A stretch of DNA of 64,000 nucleotides, taken from contig CAVPHD010000011.1 in the NCBI GenBank assembly GCA_963704165.1, positions 96,001 to 160,000 of the forward strand, read 5' to 3'. Below are positions 31,170 through 41,220 of this stretch, piece after piece. The notes under the pieces are model-generated. The model had not been told where the DNA came from and did no database searches. It saw only the letters and a list, made by a program, of their open reading frames with translations. Source of the DNA: an uncultured delta proteobacterium. GTDB taxonomy: Bacteria > Myxococcota_A > UBA9160 > SZUA-336. Both the position numbers and the translations under genes were made by a program. How positions within the stretch are numbered: position 1 is the stretch's first letter; each line of letters starts with the position of its first letter.

Positions 31170-32267
31170 GTGAGCGCGGAGCCCGGTGAGATCCTGGAGA
31201 GCCTCGGGCCGGCCCGACGCTTCGCGGATCCCGCGAGCCCGCTCGATTCGCGACTCATGGCCGCGAGCGGCGCCCTGCCCCTCCCGCCCCCGCAACTTCT
31301 CTCGGTCCTGGTCGCGCTGACGCTCGATCCCGACGCGGCGGTCAAGGACAAGGCGATCGCCTCGCTTCGCGCGCTCCCCGATCGCGTGCTCACCCCGGCG
31401 CTCGGCGGAAAGCTGCACGCCGGCGTGCTCGGTGCCTGCGCAGATCTGTACCGCGAAGATGGCGCACGGCTGGAGCTGATCGCGCTGAATCCGGCGACGA
31501 GCGACGAGACCTGCACGTTCGTGGCGACGCTGCCGTTCCAGCGTGTGGTCGAGATCCTGGCGCAGAATCAGGTCCGCCTCCTGCGCTGCTCCCCGCTCGT
31601 CGAGGCGCTCGGCGAGAACCCGCTGACGGGGATGGCCACGATCGATCGGATCCTGCACTTCCTGGGCGTCGAGCGCGGAGAGATGGAGGAGCCGGAGCCC
31701 GAGAGCCAGGCCGAGCCGGTTCCGATTCCGCCGCCACCCGATCCAAGCACGGGCGAGGCCGCGCCCGAGAACCTCGAGGACGAAAGCGAACTACCGAGCG
31801 ACCTGATCGAAGAGAGCGCGGAGGAGCTCAGCGAAGACGAGAAGCAGGAGCGCAGCCAGAACCTGCAGGCGCGGGTCGGAAAGATGACCATCATCGAGAA
31901 GGTCAAGCTCGCGCGGCTCGGCAACGTCGACGCACGCTCGCTCCTGGTTCGAGACCGAAACAAGCTCGTCGCCTCCGCCGCGATCCGGAATCCGAAGATC
32001 ACCGACAACGAGATCGAGGGCTACGCGCGCGCGCGCAACCTCTGCGACGAGGTCATGCGCATCGTTGCCCACAATCGCCAGTGGACGCGCGCGTACCCGG
32101 TCAAGCTCGCGCTCTCGATGAACCCGAAGTGTCCTCCCCAGGCCGCCGTCAAGTTCCTGAATTACCTCACCGATCGAGACTTGGGACTGATCATGCGCAG
32201 TCGCGACGTGCCCGGAGTGATCTCGGCGCAAGCGCGTCGCATCCTGGCCCGGAAGGGGAAGACGTAG
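31170..32267 (+). CDS. Hypothetical helical protein with acidic linker
   Basis: Clean ORF with GGAGG RBS; C-terminal EKVKLARLGNVDARSLLVRDRNKLV segment recalled from deltaproteobacterial hypotheticals. Confidence 0.75.
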   Translation: MSAEPGEILESLGPARRFADPASPLDSRLMAASGALPLPPPQLLSVLVALTLDPDAAVKDKAIASLRALPDRVLTPALGGKLHAGVLGACADLYREDGARLELIALNPATSDETCTFVATLPFQRVVEILAQNQVRLLRCSPLVEALGENPLTGMATIDRILHFLGVERGEMEEPEPESQAEPVPIPPPPDPSTGEAAPENLEDESELPSDLIEESAEELSEDEKQERSQNLQARVGKMTIIEKVKLARLGNVDARSLLVRDRNKLVASAAIRNPKITDNEIEGYARARNLCDEVMRIVAHNRQWTRAYPVKLALSMNPKCPPQAAVKFLNYLTDRDLGLIMRSRDVPGVISAQARRILARKGKT

Positions 32268-33131
32268 ATGGGAACCGCCGACCGCGAAACGCGGGAGATC
32301 CACGGCAAGATCGTCTACTACGGCGCCGACGGCGCGGGCAAGACCTCGAACCTGGCGTTCATCCAGCGCAAGCTCAAGCGCGAGCACCGCGGCGAGCTGA
32401 AGCGCCTGTCCACACGCGATGGTGTCACCGTGTACGAGACGCTGCCGGTGCAGCTCGGGGCGGTGCGCGGCTACAAGACCTCGATCCAGATCATGAGCGT
32501 GCCCGGCGCGCCGCAGGCATCGGCGATGCGGCGGCAGATCCTCGATGGCGTCGATGGCATCGTCTTCGTCGCCGACCTGCGACCCGAGCGCCACCCGGCG
32601 ACGATCGCCGCGCTCGACGAGCTCCGAAAGCACCTGTCGGCGCACGGCCTCGAGCTCGAGGACGTCCCGCTCGTCGTCCAGTACAACCACCGGGACCAGG
32701 CCGACGAGAACGCCGTCGATCGTCTGCACCGACTCCTGCCGTTCCGCGAGGTCCCCTGCTTCGACGCCCGCGCCGACGAGGGGACGGGCGTCTTGCAGAC
32801 CCTGACGACGCTTTCCAAGCTCGTCCTGGTCGAGCTTCGGAAGACACTCGACGAGACGTCCGACTCGGTGCCCCCGGTCGTACAGACCCACGCAAACCCG
32901 AACGTCACGCGCGTGGTCGAGGAGCGCGAGCCCCTCGGCCCCCCGACGGGCGAGGTCACGGCCGGCTTCGAGGATCCAGCCCACGCGGCTCCCGAGAAGG
33001 GCTTCTCGGTGGAGAGCGCCGGACCCGTCCACGGCGGCGGAAGCGAGATCTCCGTTCCGGTGCGCCTGATCGACGAAGCGACGGGCCGACGCGTGGAGAT
33101 CATCGTCCGCATCGCGATCGACGCGTTGTAG
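32268..33131 (+). CDS. MglA-like small GTPase paralogue, degenerate, with C-terminal extension
   Basis: REIHGKIVYYGADGAGKTSNL, SVPG, GVDGIVFVAD, QYNHRD colinear with MglA. Confidence 0.85.
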   Translation: MGTADRETREIHGKIVYYGADGAGKTSNLAFIQRKLKREHRGELKRLSTRDGVTVYETLPVQLGAVRGYKTSIQIMSVPGAPQASAMRRQILDGVDGIVFVADLRPERHPATIAALDELRKHLSAHGLELEDVPLVVQYNHRDQADENAVDRLHRLLPFREVPCFDARADEGTGVLQTLTTLSKLVLVELRKTLDETSDSVPPVVQTHANPNVTRVVEEREPLGPPTGEVTAGFEDPAHAAPEKGFSVESAGPVHGGGSEISVPVRLIDEATGRRVEIIVRIAIDAL

Positions 33132-33147
33132 GTCGGGAGGGCGCGGC

Positions 33148-35439
33148 ATGCGCAAGCGCCTCGGCATCGTGGGTCACTCGGACGAGGGACTCGCGCTGAT
33201 TCCGCTGCTCGAAGCCAATCCCGACGTCGAGCTCTGCGGCGTGTTGACCGACGATCCGGACGCGGCGCGAAACGCGCTCGTTCGAGTCGATCCGAAGTAC
33301 GCGCTTCGGTCCTATCAGCTGCTCGTCTCGGACGGGCCGGCGTTGCTGCGAACCCCGGGCCTGGTCGCGCTGATCGACGCCGAGGCGCCGGCCGGATTGC
33401 GCTCGGTGCTCGACGCCGCTCCCGAGCGCGGCGTGCAGGTGACCACGCCGCTGATCGCAAAGCTCCTCTACGCCTTCGGCCCGGTGGACGCACACCGCAA
33501 GCCCGACTTGCTCCAGGCACTCGGAGAGATCCTCGAGTCGTACAACCTGACCATCGATCGACGCGGTCTGCTCAATCGCATCCTGCAGATCGCGGTCGGG
33601 TCGACCGGTGCGGACCGCGGCTCGCTGATGCTCTGGGACGAGGCCGAGGGTGCGCTGCGCATCGAAGTCGCCCTGGGAATCGAGAAGGAGCTGATCTCGA
33701 AGATCCGCATCCGACCGGGCGAGGGGATCGCGGGGATCGCGTTCTCCGAGCGCAAGCCCCACCTGCTCTCCGGCAAGGCCGACCAGAGGCTGTACGAGAT
33801 CGCGCGCGAACGCAGCGACGTCGAATCGGCGATCTCGGCGCCGCTGATCCACGGCGACCGCGTGCTCGGCGTGCTCAACCTGTCCCACAGCCTGCGACGA
33901 GGAGCGTTCTCGGAAGAGGACCGCGACTTCATCACTCGGCTCGCGGCGATCGACGCGAAGATCATCACGCGCGCCGAGGAGTACCACCGACTGCTGCGCG
34001 ACTCGGCGAGGCTGCGCGCGCAGAGCCTGGTCCGCGAAGCGCTCGCGGAGACCGGCCCGCTGCACCAGCAGCTCTCGAAGGTCTGCCGCTATCTCGCCGG
34101 GGAACTCGCAGGTGGAATCGCGCACGTCTTCCTCGTCGATGCCGAGCAGGGAGCGCTCGTCTTGCGCGGGTCCTCGACGCCGATCGACCCGCTCGCGGCG
34201 CCGTACCGGATCCGGCCGAGCGACGGCATCCACGGCTGGGCGGCCCGAGAGCGCAAGTCGATCGTGCTCTCGAACGCGACCGAGGAGGGCTGCGCCTGCT
34301 TCGCGGTACTTCCTCTGCTGGCACGGGGGGACCTGATCGGGCTGCTCTCGTTCGAGGGCATGCTGGCCCCCGGTGCGCCCGAAGTCCTGCGCGAGAAGAT
34401 CAGCGCCGTCGCCGACGCCCTCGCCCTCGCGCTCGCCGATGCGCTGCGGACGATGTTCATGGAACGCGAGGCGACCAAGACCGCCGCGATCACCGAGCTC
34501 GCGAGCCGCCTCGGGTCCGCGAGCGACTCCGCACTGCTACACCGATCCGTGACGTCCTCCGCCGCCATGATCCTCGAAGCCGAGCACGCCGTTCTGCGCC
34601 TCCAGGACTCGACCACCGGGCGCTACCAGATCCGGTCCTATTTCGGATCCGCCGAGACCGACGAGCAGGCGCCGCTGCTCGAGCTCGAGAAGGCGCTCTC
34701 GATCCGCGCGCTCTCGCTGCGCGAAGCGGTACGCGTGATCGACGTGCGAGCCGATGCGGAGCTCGCGAAGCACCACTCCGACGTCGTCTCCGCTCTGTCG
34801 TGGCCCCTGCGCCGCGACGGGCGTGTTCTCGGCACGCTCTCGCTTCTCGGCAAGGTCGCACGCGACGCGCTCACCAGCGAGAGCTTCTCGTCTCAGGACC
34901 AGGCGCTGCTCGGCCGCTTCGCCGAGCACGCGCAGCAGGCGCTCGAGCAGGTCGGGGAGCGCGAACGCATGCGGCATCAGCGCCGCTTCGACGAGCTCAC
35001 CGCGCTTCCGAACGCGACCTACGTCGCCGAGAGGATCGAAGAGGAGATCGCCCGCGCGGGCGCGCGCGGACGGACCTTCGCGCTCGTCCGGTTCCGCCTC
35101 GACGGGCTCGCCGAGCTTCTCACGAGTCCCGACGCGAACCCGGCCGAGCACCTCGTCGTCTCGCTCGCGCAGGAGCTGCGCGCCGGGCTGCGCGAGTTCG
35201 ACATCGTCGCGCGCACCGCGCCCGACACGTTCCTGATGCTGATTCCGGAGCCCGAAACCGACATCTCGGCGCTCCTCGGCCCGCTCGCGCGGCGTGTGCG
35301 CGAGGCGATTCGGCGCGAGCCCGATCCCGCGCTCGGCGAGGGCGTCCGACTCGAGTTCGGGTACGCCCTCTTCCCCGGCGACGGCCAGACCTCGCGCGCG
35401 TTGCTCGAGGCGACCCGCCGGACCCGCGTCACGGACTGA
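33148..35439 (+). CDS. Multi-GAF protein with degenerate GGDEF domain
   Basis: GAF motifs (ADRGSLML, GEGIAG, SAPL...GVLNL); DELTALPN...EEIARA...DIVARTAPDTF in place of GGDEF. Confidence 0.8.
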   Translation: MRKRLGIVGHSDEGLALIPLLEANPDVELCGVLTDDPDAARNALVRVDPKYALRSYQLLVSDGPALLRTPGLVALIDAEAPAGLRSVLDAAPERGVQVTTPLIAKLLYAFGPVDAHRKPDLLQALGEILESYNLTIDRRGLLNRILQIAVGSTGADRGSLMLWDEAEGALRIEVALGIEKELISKIRIRPGEGIAGIAFSERKPHLLSGKADQRLYEIARERSDVESAISAPLIHGDRVLGVLNLSHSLRRGAFSEEDRDFITRLAAIDAKIITRAEEYHRLLRDSARLRAQSLVREALAETGPLHQQLSKVCRYLAGELAGGIAHVFLVDAEQGALVLRGSSTPIDPLAAPYRIRPSDGIHGWAARERKSIVLSNATEEGCACFAVLPLLARGDLIGLLSFEGMLAPGAPEVLREKISAVADALALALADALRTMFMEREATKTAAITELASRLGSASDSALLHRSVTSSAAMILEAEHAVLRLQDSTTGRYQIRSYFGSAETDEQAPLLELEKALSIRALSLREAVRVIDVRADAELAKHHSDVVSALSWPLRRDGRVLGTLSLLGKVARDALTSESFSSQDQALLGRFAEHAQQALEQVGERERMRHQRRFDELTALPNATYVAERIEEEIARAGARGRTFALVRFRLDGLAELLTSPDANPAEHLVVSLAQELRAGLREFDIVARTAPDTFLMLIPEPETDISALLGPLARRVREAIRREPDPALGEGVRLEFGYALFPGDGQTSRALLEATRRTRVTD

Positions 35440-35448
35440 TCTCCGCGC

Positions 35449-36567
35449 TCAGGCCGAAGCCGCCCAGGGCGTCTCGACGCACGGCGCGCCGATCGCCTCG
35501 GCGACACCTTTCAGCGTGACTCGGCCGCGGTAGCAGTTCACACCCCGGGCGAGCGCGGGGTTCGCGTTCAGCGCGCCGTCCACGCCGCGGCGGCAGAGCT
35601 CGAGAAGATACGGGAACGTCGCGTTGTTCAACGCCAGCGTCGACGTGCGCGGCACCGCGCCCGGCATGTTCGGAACCCCGTAGTGGATGACGCCGCTCTC
35701 GACATAGGTCGGCTTGGAGTGCGAGGTCGGCCGGATCGTCTCGACGCAGCCGCCCTGATCGACCGCCACGTCGACGATCACCGAGCCGGGCTTCATCGCG
35801 GCGACCAGTCCGCGATCGACGAGCACGGGCGCGCGCGCGCCGGGTAGGAGCACCGCGCCGATCACGAGGTCGGCTTCGAGGATCGACTGCTCCAGGTTCA
35901 CGACGTTGGAGTACAGCGTGTCGATGCCGCCGTGATAGATGTCATACAAGTGCGAGAGCTTGCGCTGGTCGACGTCGAGGACGGCCACCTCCGCGCCCAG
36001 ACCCGTCGCCATCCGCACCGCCGCCGTCCCGACGATGCCCGCACCGATCACCGCGACCCGTCCACGCGGCACGCCCGGGACTCCGCCGAGCAAGACCCCG
36101 CGTCCACCCTGATCGGCCTGCAGGTAGTGAGCGCCGATCTGCACGGCGAGCCGTCCCGCCACCTCGCTCATCGGCACGAGCAGAGGCAGCGATCCGTCGT
36201 CGAGCCGAACCGTCTCGAAGCCGATCGCGATGATCTCGCTGTCGAGAATCCGGCGCGCGAGCTCCGGCTCCGGGGCCAGATGCAGGAAGTCGAAGACGGT
36301 CTGCCCGGGGCGCATGGCCGCGATCTCCGCCAGCGTCGGCTCCTTCACCTTGGTGACGATCTCGCAGCTCTCGATCACGTCCTCCGCCGACGCGAGCACC
36401 TTCGCGCCGACCGCCTCGTAATCGGCGTCGGAGAATCCGCTGCCCTCGCCCGCCGCGGTCTCGAGCCGCACTTCGTGGCCTGCAGCGGCGAGCGTGCGCG
36501 CACCCGCGGGCAGAAGCGCGACACGCAGCTCACGGTCCTTGGTCTCACGCAGGACGCCGACGCGCAT
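35449..36567 (-). CDS. ald: Alanine dehydrogenase
   Basis: [32 protein letters not shown]. Confidence 0.95.
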   Translation of the reverse strand: MRVGVLRETKDRELRVALLPAGARTLAAAGHEVRLETAAGEGSGFSDADYEAVGAKVLASAEDVIESCEIVTKVKEPTLAEIAAMRPGQTVFDFLHLAPEPELARRILDSEIIAIGFETVRLDDGSLPLLVPMSEVAGRLAVQIGAHYLQADQGGRGVLLGGVPGVPRGRVAVIGAGIVGTAAVRMATGLGAEVAVLDVDQRKLSHLYDIYHGGIDTLYSNVVNLEQSILEADLVIGAVLLPGARAPVLVDRGLVAAMKPGSVIVDVAVDQGGCVETIRPTSHSKPTYVESGVIHYGVPNMPGAVPRTSTLALNNATFPYLLELCRRGVDGALNANPALARGVNCYRGRVTLKGVAEAIGAPCVETPWAASA

Positions 36568-36672
36568 ACCGTGATCCTTCTCGGAGGTGTGACGCGGAGG
36601 AGGATACCGCGCGTGCACGGTCTGGGGCTCTCCTGGGGGGGATCGGAACGATCCTCGGCGAACTGGAGCGCG

Positions 36673-37645
36673 CTACCAGACCGGTCGTGTGTTCAGTCCG
36701 TTGTGCACGATCTCGCGCTCGACGCCGTCCGCGACCCGCGACACGTACAAGAGGCTCTCCTTCTCGTCGCCGCGCGACGAGGCGTAGACGACGTATTGCC
36801 CATCCGGAGAGAGCGCGGGAAACTCCTCGTCATAGCTGGTCTTGGTGATCTGCCGCTTGGCGGATCCATCCCCGCGCATCAACCAGACGTTGGAGTTGCC
36901 GAGGCTCTCGCGCGTGAAGGTGATCCAGTTTCCGTCGCGCGAGAAACGCGGGTTGTCTCCACGCGTGACCGGCCGCGGTTCCGCCTCGCCCAGCGCCTGG
37001 AGATAGATCGTCGCGCCGCGGGTCGAACCCCGTTCGGCGCGCGCGAACACGACCGTTCGTCCGTCCGGTGACACGTCCGGCGTGCCCCCTCCCTTCGATC
37101 CGGGCAGCAGCTCGCGGCCCCTCGCGTCGGTCTCGACGAAGATCCCTCCCGAGAAACTGCGGCCCTCGCGAATCGGTCCGTGCCAGACCAGGCGGATCGG
37201 TCCGTCGGCGACTCCCGCGCCGTTCCCGACCGGCCCGCGCTGCACGCGCGCCCAGGCGCCGGTGAGCCGGTTCCAGGTGTGGAGTTCGAGACCGCCGGAT
37301 CTCGGATCGATCCGACCGACCAGCAAGTGCGTGCCATCGGCACTCCAGTCGCACGGAACCGCGCCGAGGCCCGCATCGGGCACCACTCGATACTCGCCGG
37401 TCTCGGGCGCGAGCAGGGAGAGCGTCGTCTTCAGCCTCGGCCTCGTCGAGCGCACGTCGTCGGGATCCTCGATCCGCGCGGCTTCGCGGAACTTCTCGAG
37501 CGAGAGGATTCCCTCGGAGGCGCCTTGGCGGATGTACGCGATCGGATCGGTGGGTAGATCTGCGAGCGAGACGCCCTCGGAGCAGGCGGAGAGCAAAGCA
37601 CCGAGGAGCGCCAGGATCGCCGGTCTAACGAACCGCGCGACCGCG
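36673..37645 (-). CDS. TolB-like beta-propeller lipoprotein (start uncertain)
   Basis: Lipobox LSAC; PD40-type repeats WSADG, SPDG, SRDG. Confidence 0.7.
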
Positions 37646-38161
37646 GAAGCGCTGCGCCGACTCGTCCCAATCGAAGAGCGCCGCGCCTTGGACGCCGGAC
37701 TCACCGACCGAGATGACGAGCTGTGCCGCGCCCGCGTAGATCGGCCGGCCGTCCGGTCCCAGAGCCCCCTCGAGATCCGTGAACGACAGATAGGCCGCGG
37801 TGTCGACGTGCGAGTGGTAGATGACGACCAGCCGCTCCCCTCTCTGTTCGGCTCCGCGCAGCGCATTCAGCAACTCCTGCTCGTCGATCCAGAACGCCCG
37901 GCTCGCGTCGAGATCCGACTCGCCGCGAGCGACCCTGGCGCTCTGCACGTTGCTGCAGCGGATGACGCGGACCGGAGTCGCCCGGTCGGTGCCGGTGAGC
38001 AGGCCACAGCACTCTTCCGGATAGCACTCGCGCGCGTGCTGGAAAACCTCGTGCAGAAGATCGCGCGGCAGAACGGCCGGGCCCAGCGCTTCGTCGACAC
38101 GAGCGGCCGCGCGCTGTTCCCACGGCCGATCCGATTCGGGCTCGCCCGAGCCTCCGTTCAA
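37625..38161 (-). CDS. JAB/MPN (M67) metallopeptidase, Mec-like
   Basis: YPEECCGLL and YHSHxxxxAYLSxxD JAMM motif; TTG start after GGAGG. Confidence 0.85.
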   Translation of the reverse strand: MNGGSGEPESDRPWEQRAAARVDEALGPAVLPRDLLHEVFQHARECYPEECCGLLTGTDRATPVRVIRCSNVQSARVARGESDLDASRAFWIDEQELLNALRGAEQRGERLVVIYHSHVDTAAYLSFTDLEGALGPDGRPIYAGAAQLVISVGESGVQGAALFDWDESAQRFRGRAVR

Positions 38162-38273
38162 CTCCGACCTCCGCGGCCTTCCCGCGCGGACCGTATCACG
38201 AGCGCTGGCTCGGTTGAATGGACTAGAGTGAGTTTGCCCCCGCATCGACTCCTCCGGAGGCCGCTCGGCTCCC

Positions 38274-41207
38274 ATGCTCGATCCCGAGATCACGCCACCG
38301 CTGCGGCGGTTCGTGGAGTCGCTCGCGAGCCGCGCCAAGGACACCCTGGGCGGTCGGGTGCGAGCGACGCTCGCGCTCGAGCCGCGCGTCGCTCGGCCCG
38401 GCGCGTTCGATCTCGCGCCGGGCCTCGAAGCGATCCTCGCGAGGCGCGGGATCTCGACGCTCTTCTCGCATCAAGCCGAAGCCCTCGCACACGTGCGCGC
38501 CGGCCACGACGTGCTGGTCTCGACGGCGACCGCGAGCGGCAAGAGCCTGATCTACGACCTGGCGATCGCCGAGCGAGCGCTCGCGCGCCGCGATGCGCGC
38601 GCGCTTCTGCTCTTTCCGCTGAAGGCGCTCGAGCAGGATCAGCTGCAGAGCTTGCGGGCCGATCTCGACGTGCTGGCCACGCTCGACGGCCCCACGGCCG
38701 AGATCTACGACGGCGACACGTCGCCCTACCAGCGCAAGCGCATCCGCGACCGGCCGCCGACCGCGCTGTTCACGACCCCCGACATGCTGCACTTCGGGAT
38801 CCTGCCCGGGCACGACGGCTGGAAGGAGTTCCTGCGCCATCTCGAGCTGATCGTCATCGACGAGGTGCATACGTATCGCGGCGTGCTCGGCGCTCACTTC
38901 GCGCAGATCATGCGCCGTCTGCTCCGGCTCGCGCGCCACCACGGCGCGGACCCGCGCATCGTCGCGTGCTCGGCGACGATCGGGAATCCGGCCGCGTTCG
39001 CGCGCGACCTCTTCGGCCGCGAGCTCGCGCTCGTTTCCGAGGACGGTTCACCCCAGCCCACCCGTTGGCTCGTCTTCATCGAGCCCGAGACCTCGGCCTA
39101 CACCACGGCGGCGCGGCTCTTCCGCCACTGCGTTCGCCAGGGCCTGCGCACGATCGCGTTCACGCAGTCGCGCCGAACGACGGAGCTCATGCACCGGTGG
39201 ATCCTCGAGGCCGAGCCGCGGCTCGCGAACCGCGTCTCGTCGTATCGCAGCGGCTTCCTGCCCGAGGAACGACGCGCGATCGAGAAGCGCCTCTTCGAAG
39301 GCGATCTGCTCGGCGTGATCTCGACGTCCGCTCTCGAGATGGGAATCGACGTCGGCGGACTCGATGCCTGCATCCTCGTCGGCTACCCGGGATCGATTCT
39401 CGCCACGCGCCAGCGCTCCGGACGCGTCGGCCGCGGACGCGACGGCGTGATCTTCGTCGTTCCGCAGGAAGACGCGCTCGACCGCTTCTTCCTGAATCAC
39501 CCCGAGCAGGTCATCTCGCGCCCATGCGAGGACGCGACCGTCGACCCGGCGAATCTCGAGATCGCCGCCGCCCACATGCCCTGCGCGGCGGCCGAGCTGC
39601 CGCTCGCGCACGGCGAACCCTGGCTCGACGCGCCCGGCGCCCGGGCCGCGCTCGCGCTCGCCCACGAGCGCGGCGGTCTGCTCGAGAGCGCGGCCGGGGC
39701 CGAATCGTTCGCCGCGCGGCGCAAGCCGGCGTCCGAAGTGCAGCTGCGCTCCGCGGGGGAATCCTTCGCGATCAAACGCGCGGGCGAGTCGGGAAAGCGC
39801 GTGGTCGGGACGATCGGCGGCGCGCGCGTCACAGGAGAGTGTCACCCCGGCGCGATCTACCTGCACCGCGCGGAGTCGTTCCTGGTTCGCGAACTCGACT
39901 TCGAGCGGCGCGAGGTCCGGGTCGAGGGCCCGGTCGAGGTCGACTGGTACACGCGGCCGGTGGTCGAGAAGGAGACGGAGATCCTAGAAGTCCTCCGCAC
40001 GCGACCGAGCGGGAACATGTTGGTGAAGCTCGGCCGCCTGCGCGTCACCTCGAAGACCACCGCCTACGAGAAGCGGCGCGTCTTCGGCCAGGACCTGCTC
40101 GGCCGGCATCCGCTCGAGCTTCCACCGACGCGCTTCGAGACCGAGGGCCTCTGGCTCGAGCTCGCGCCGCAGATAGAGCGCGTCGTGAAGGCCGGCGGCG
40201 GTCACTTCATGGGCGGCATCCACGGCCTCGAGCACGCTTCGCTCGCACTCTTTCCACTCTTCGCGCTCTGCGACCGATTCGACGCCGCGGGGATCTCGAT
40301 CCCGCGCCACCCGCAGGTTCGAGGCCCCGCGATCTTCCTGTACGACGCGCACCCCGGCGGAATCGGAATCGCGCGCGCGATCTTTCCGCGCCTCGAGGAG
40401 CTGCTCTCGCTCGCCGGGCAGATCGCGTCCGAGTGCCCGTGCGTGGACGGCTGTCCGTCGTGCATCCACTCGCCACGCTGCGGTGCCGGGAACCGGCCGC
40501 TCGACAAGGCCGCGGTGATCCGCACGGTCGATCTCGCGCTCGCGCGAGAGACGCTGCCGACCTCCGAGCTCGAGCTCGAGGAGCCCGAGCTCGACGACGT
40601 CGAGATGCGCGCAGCCGAAACGGCGCAGCGCCGCGCGCCGATCCTCTTCGACGTCGAGACGCAACGTTCCGCGGCCGAGGTCGGCGGCTGGGGCAATACG
40701 CATCTGATGCGGCTCGCGCTCGCGGTCGTCTTCGACGCGGCCACGGGGGAGTTCGAGACCTACACCGAAGCGCGTGCAGACGAGCTGATCGAGCGGCTCT
40801 TTCGCGCACCCGCCGTCGTCGGCTTCAACAACCGCCGCTTCGACTACGGCGTGCTTCGCGCGTACACGACGCGAGATCTCTCGCGCTTGCCCACCTTCGA
40901 CCTGCTCGAGGACATCCACCGCAAGCTCGGATATCGCCTCTCGCTCGATCATCTCGCCACGAACACGCTCGGGCGCGGGAAGTCGGGCGACGGCATGCAG
41001 TCGTTGGTCTGGTGGAAGGAGGGCCGGATCGACCTGATCGAAGCGTACTGCCGGAAGGACGTGGAGCTCGTCCGCGACCTGCTCGAGTTCGCGACGCGCG
41101 AGGGCCACGTGATCTTCGAGCGGAAGACCGGCGAGCGGGTGAAGCTGCCCGTCGAGTGGGACGAGACGACGATTCTCGACCGGGCGAGCCAAGCGACGCC
41201 GAGCTAG
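38274..41207 (+). CDS. DEAH helicase with DUF1998 Zn domain (MrfA/SftH/Hrq1 family) fused to RNase H-like DEDD exonuclease
   Basis: TASGKS, DEVH, SAT, ALEMGID, CPCVDGCPSC; C-terminal FDVET...GFNNRRFD...SLD...YCRKDV. Confidence 0.9.
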   Translation: MLDPEITPPLRRFVESLASRAKDTLGGRVRATLALEPRVARPGAFDLAPGLEAILARRGISTLFSHQAEALAHVRAGHDVLVSTATASGKSLIYDLAIAERALARRDARALLLFPLKALEQDQLQSLRADLDVLATLDGPTAEIYDGDTSPYQRKRIRDRPPTALFTTPDMLHFGILPGHDGWKEFLRHLELIVIDEVHTYRGVLGAHFAQIMRRLLRLARHHGADPRIVACSATIGNPAAFARDLFGRELALVSEDGSPQPTRWLVFIEPETSAYTTAARLFRHCVRQGLRTIAFTQSRRTTELMHRWILEAEPRLANRVSSYRSGFLPEERRAIEKRLFEGDLLGVISTSALEMGIDVGGLDACILVGYPGSILATRQRSGRVGRGRDGVIFVVPQEDALDRFFLNHPEQVISRPCEDATVDPANLEIAAAHMPCAAAELPLAHGEPWLDAPGARAALALAHERGGLLESAAGAESFAARRKPASEVQLRSAGESFAIKRAGESGKRVVGTIGGARVTGECHPGAIYLHRAESFLVRELDFERREVRVEGPVEVDWYTRPVVEKETEILEVLRTRPSGNMLVKLGRLRVTSKTTAYEKRRVFGQDLLGRHPLELPPTRFETEGLWLELAPQIERVVKAGGGHFMGGIHGLEHASLALFPLFALCDRFDAAGISIPRHPQVRGPAIFLYDAHPGGIGIARAIFPRLEELLSLAGQIASECPCVDGCPSCIHSPRCGAGNRPLDKAAVIRTVDLALARETLPTSELELEEPELDDVEMRAAETAQRRAPILFDVETQRSAAEVGGWGNTHLMRLALAVVFDAATGEFETYTEARADELIERLFRAPAVVGFNNRRFDYGVLRAYTTRDLSRLPTFDLLEDIHRKLGYRLSLDHLATNTLGRGKSGDGMQSLVWWKEGRIDLIEAYCRKDVELVRDLLEFATREGHVIFERKTGERVKLPVEWDETTILDRASQATPS

Positions 41208-41220
41208 CCTCCCGCGCGCT

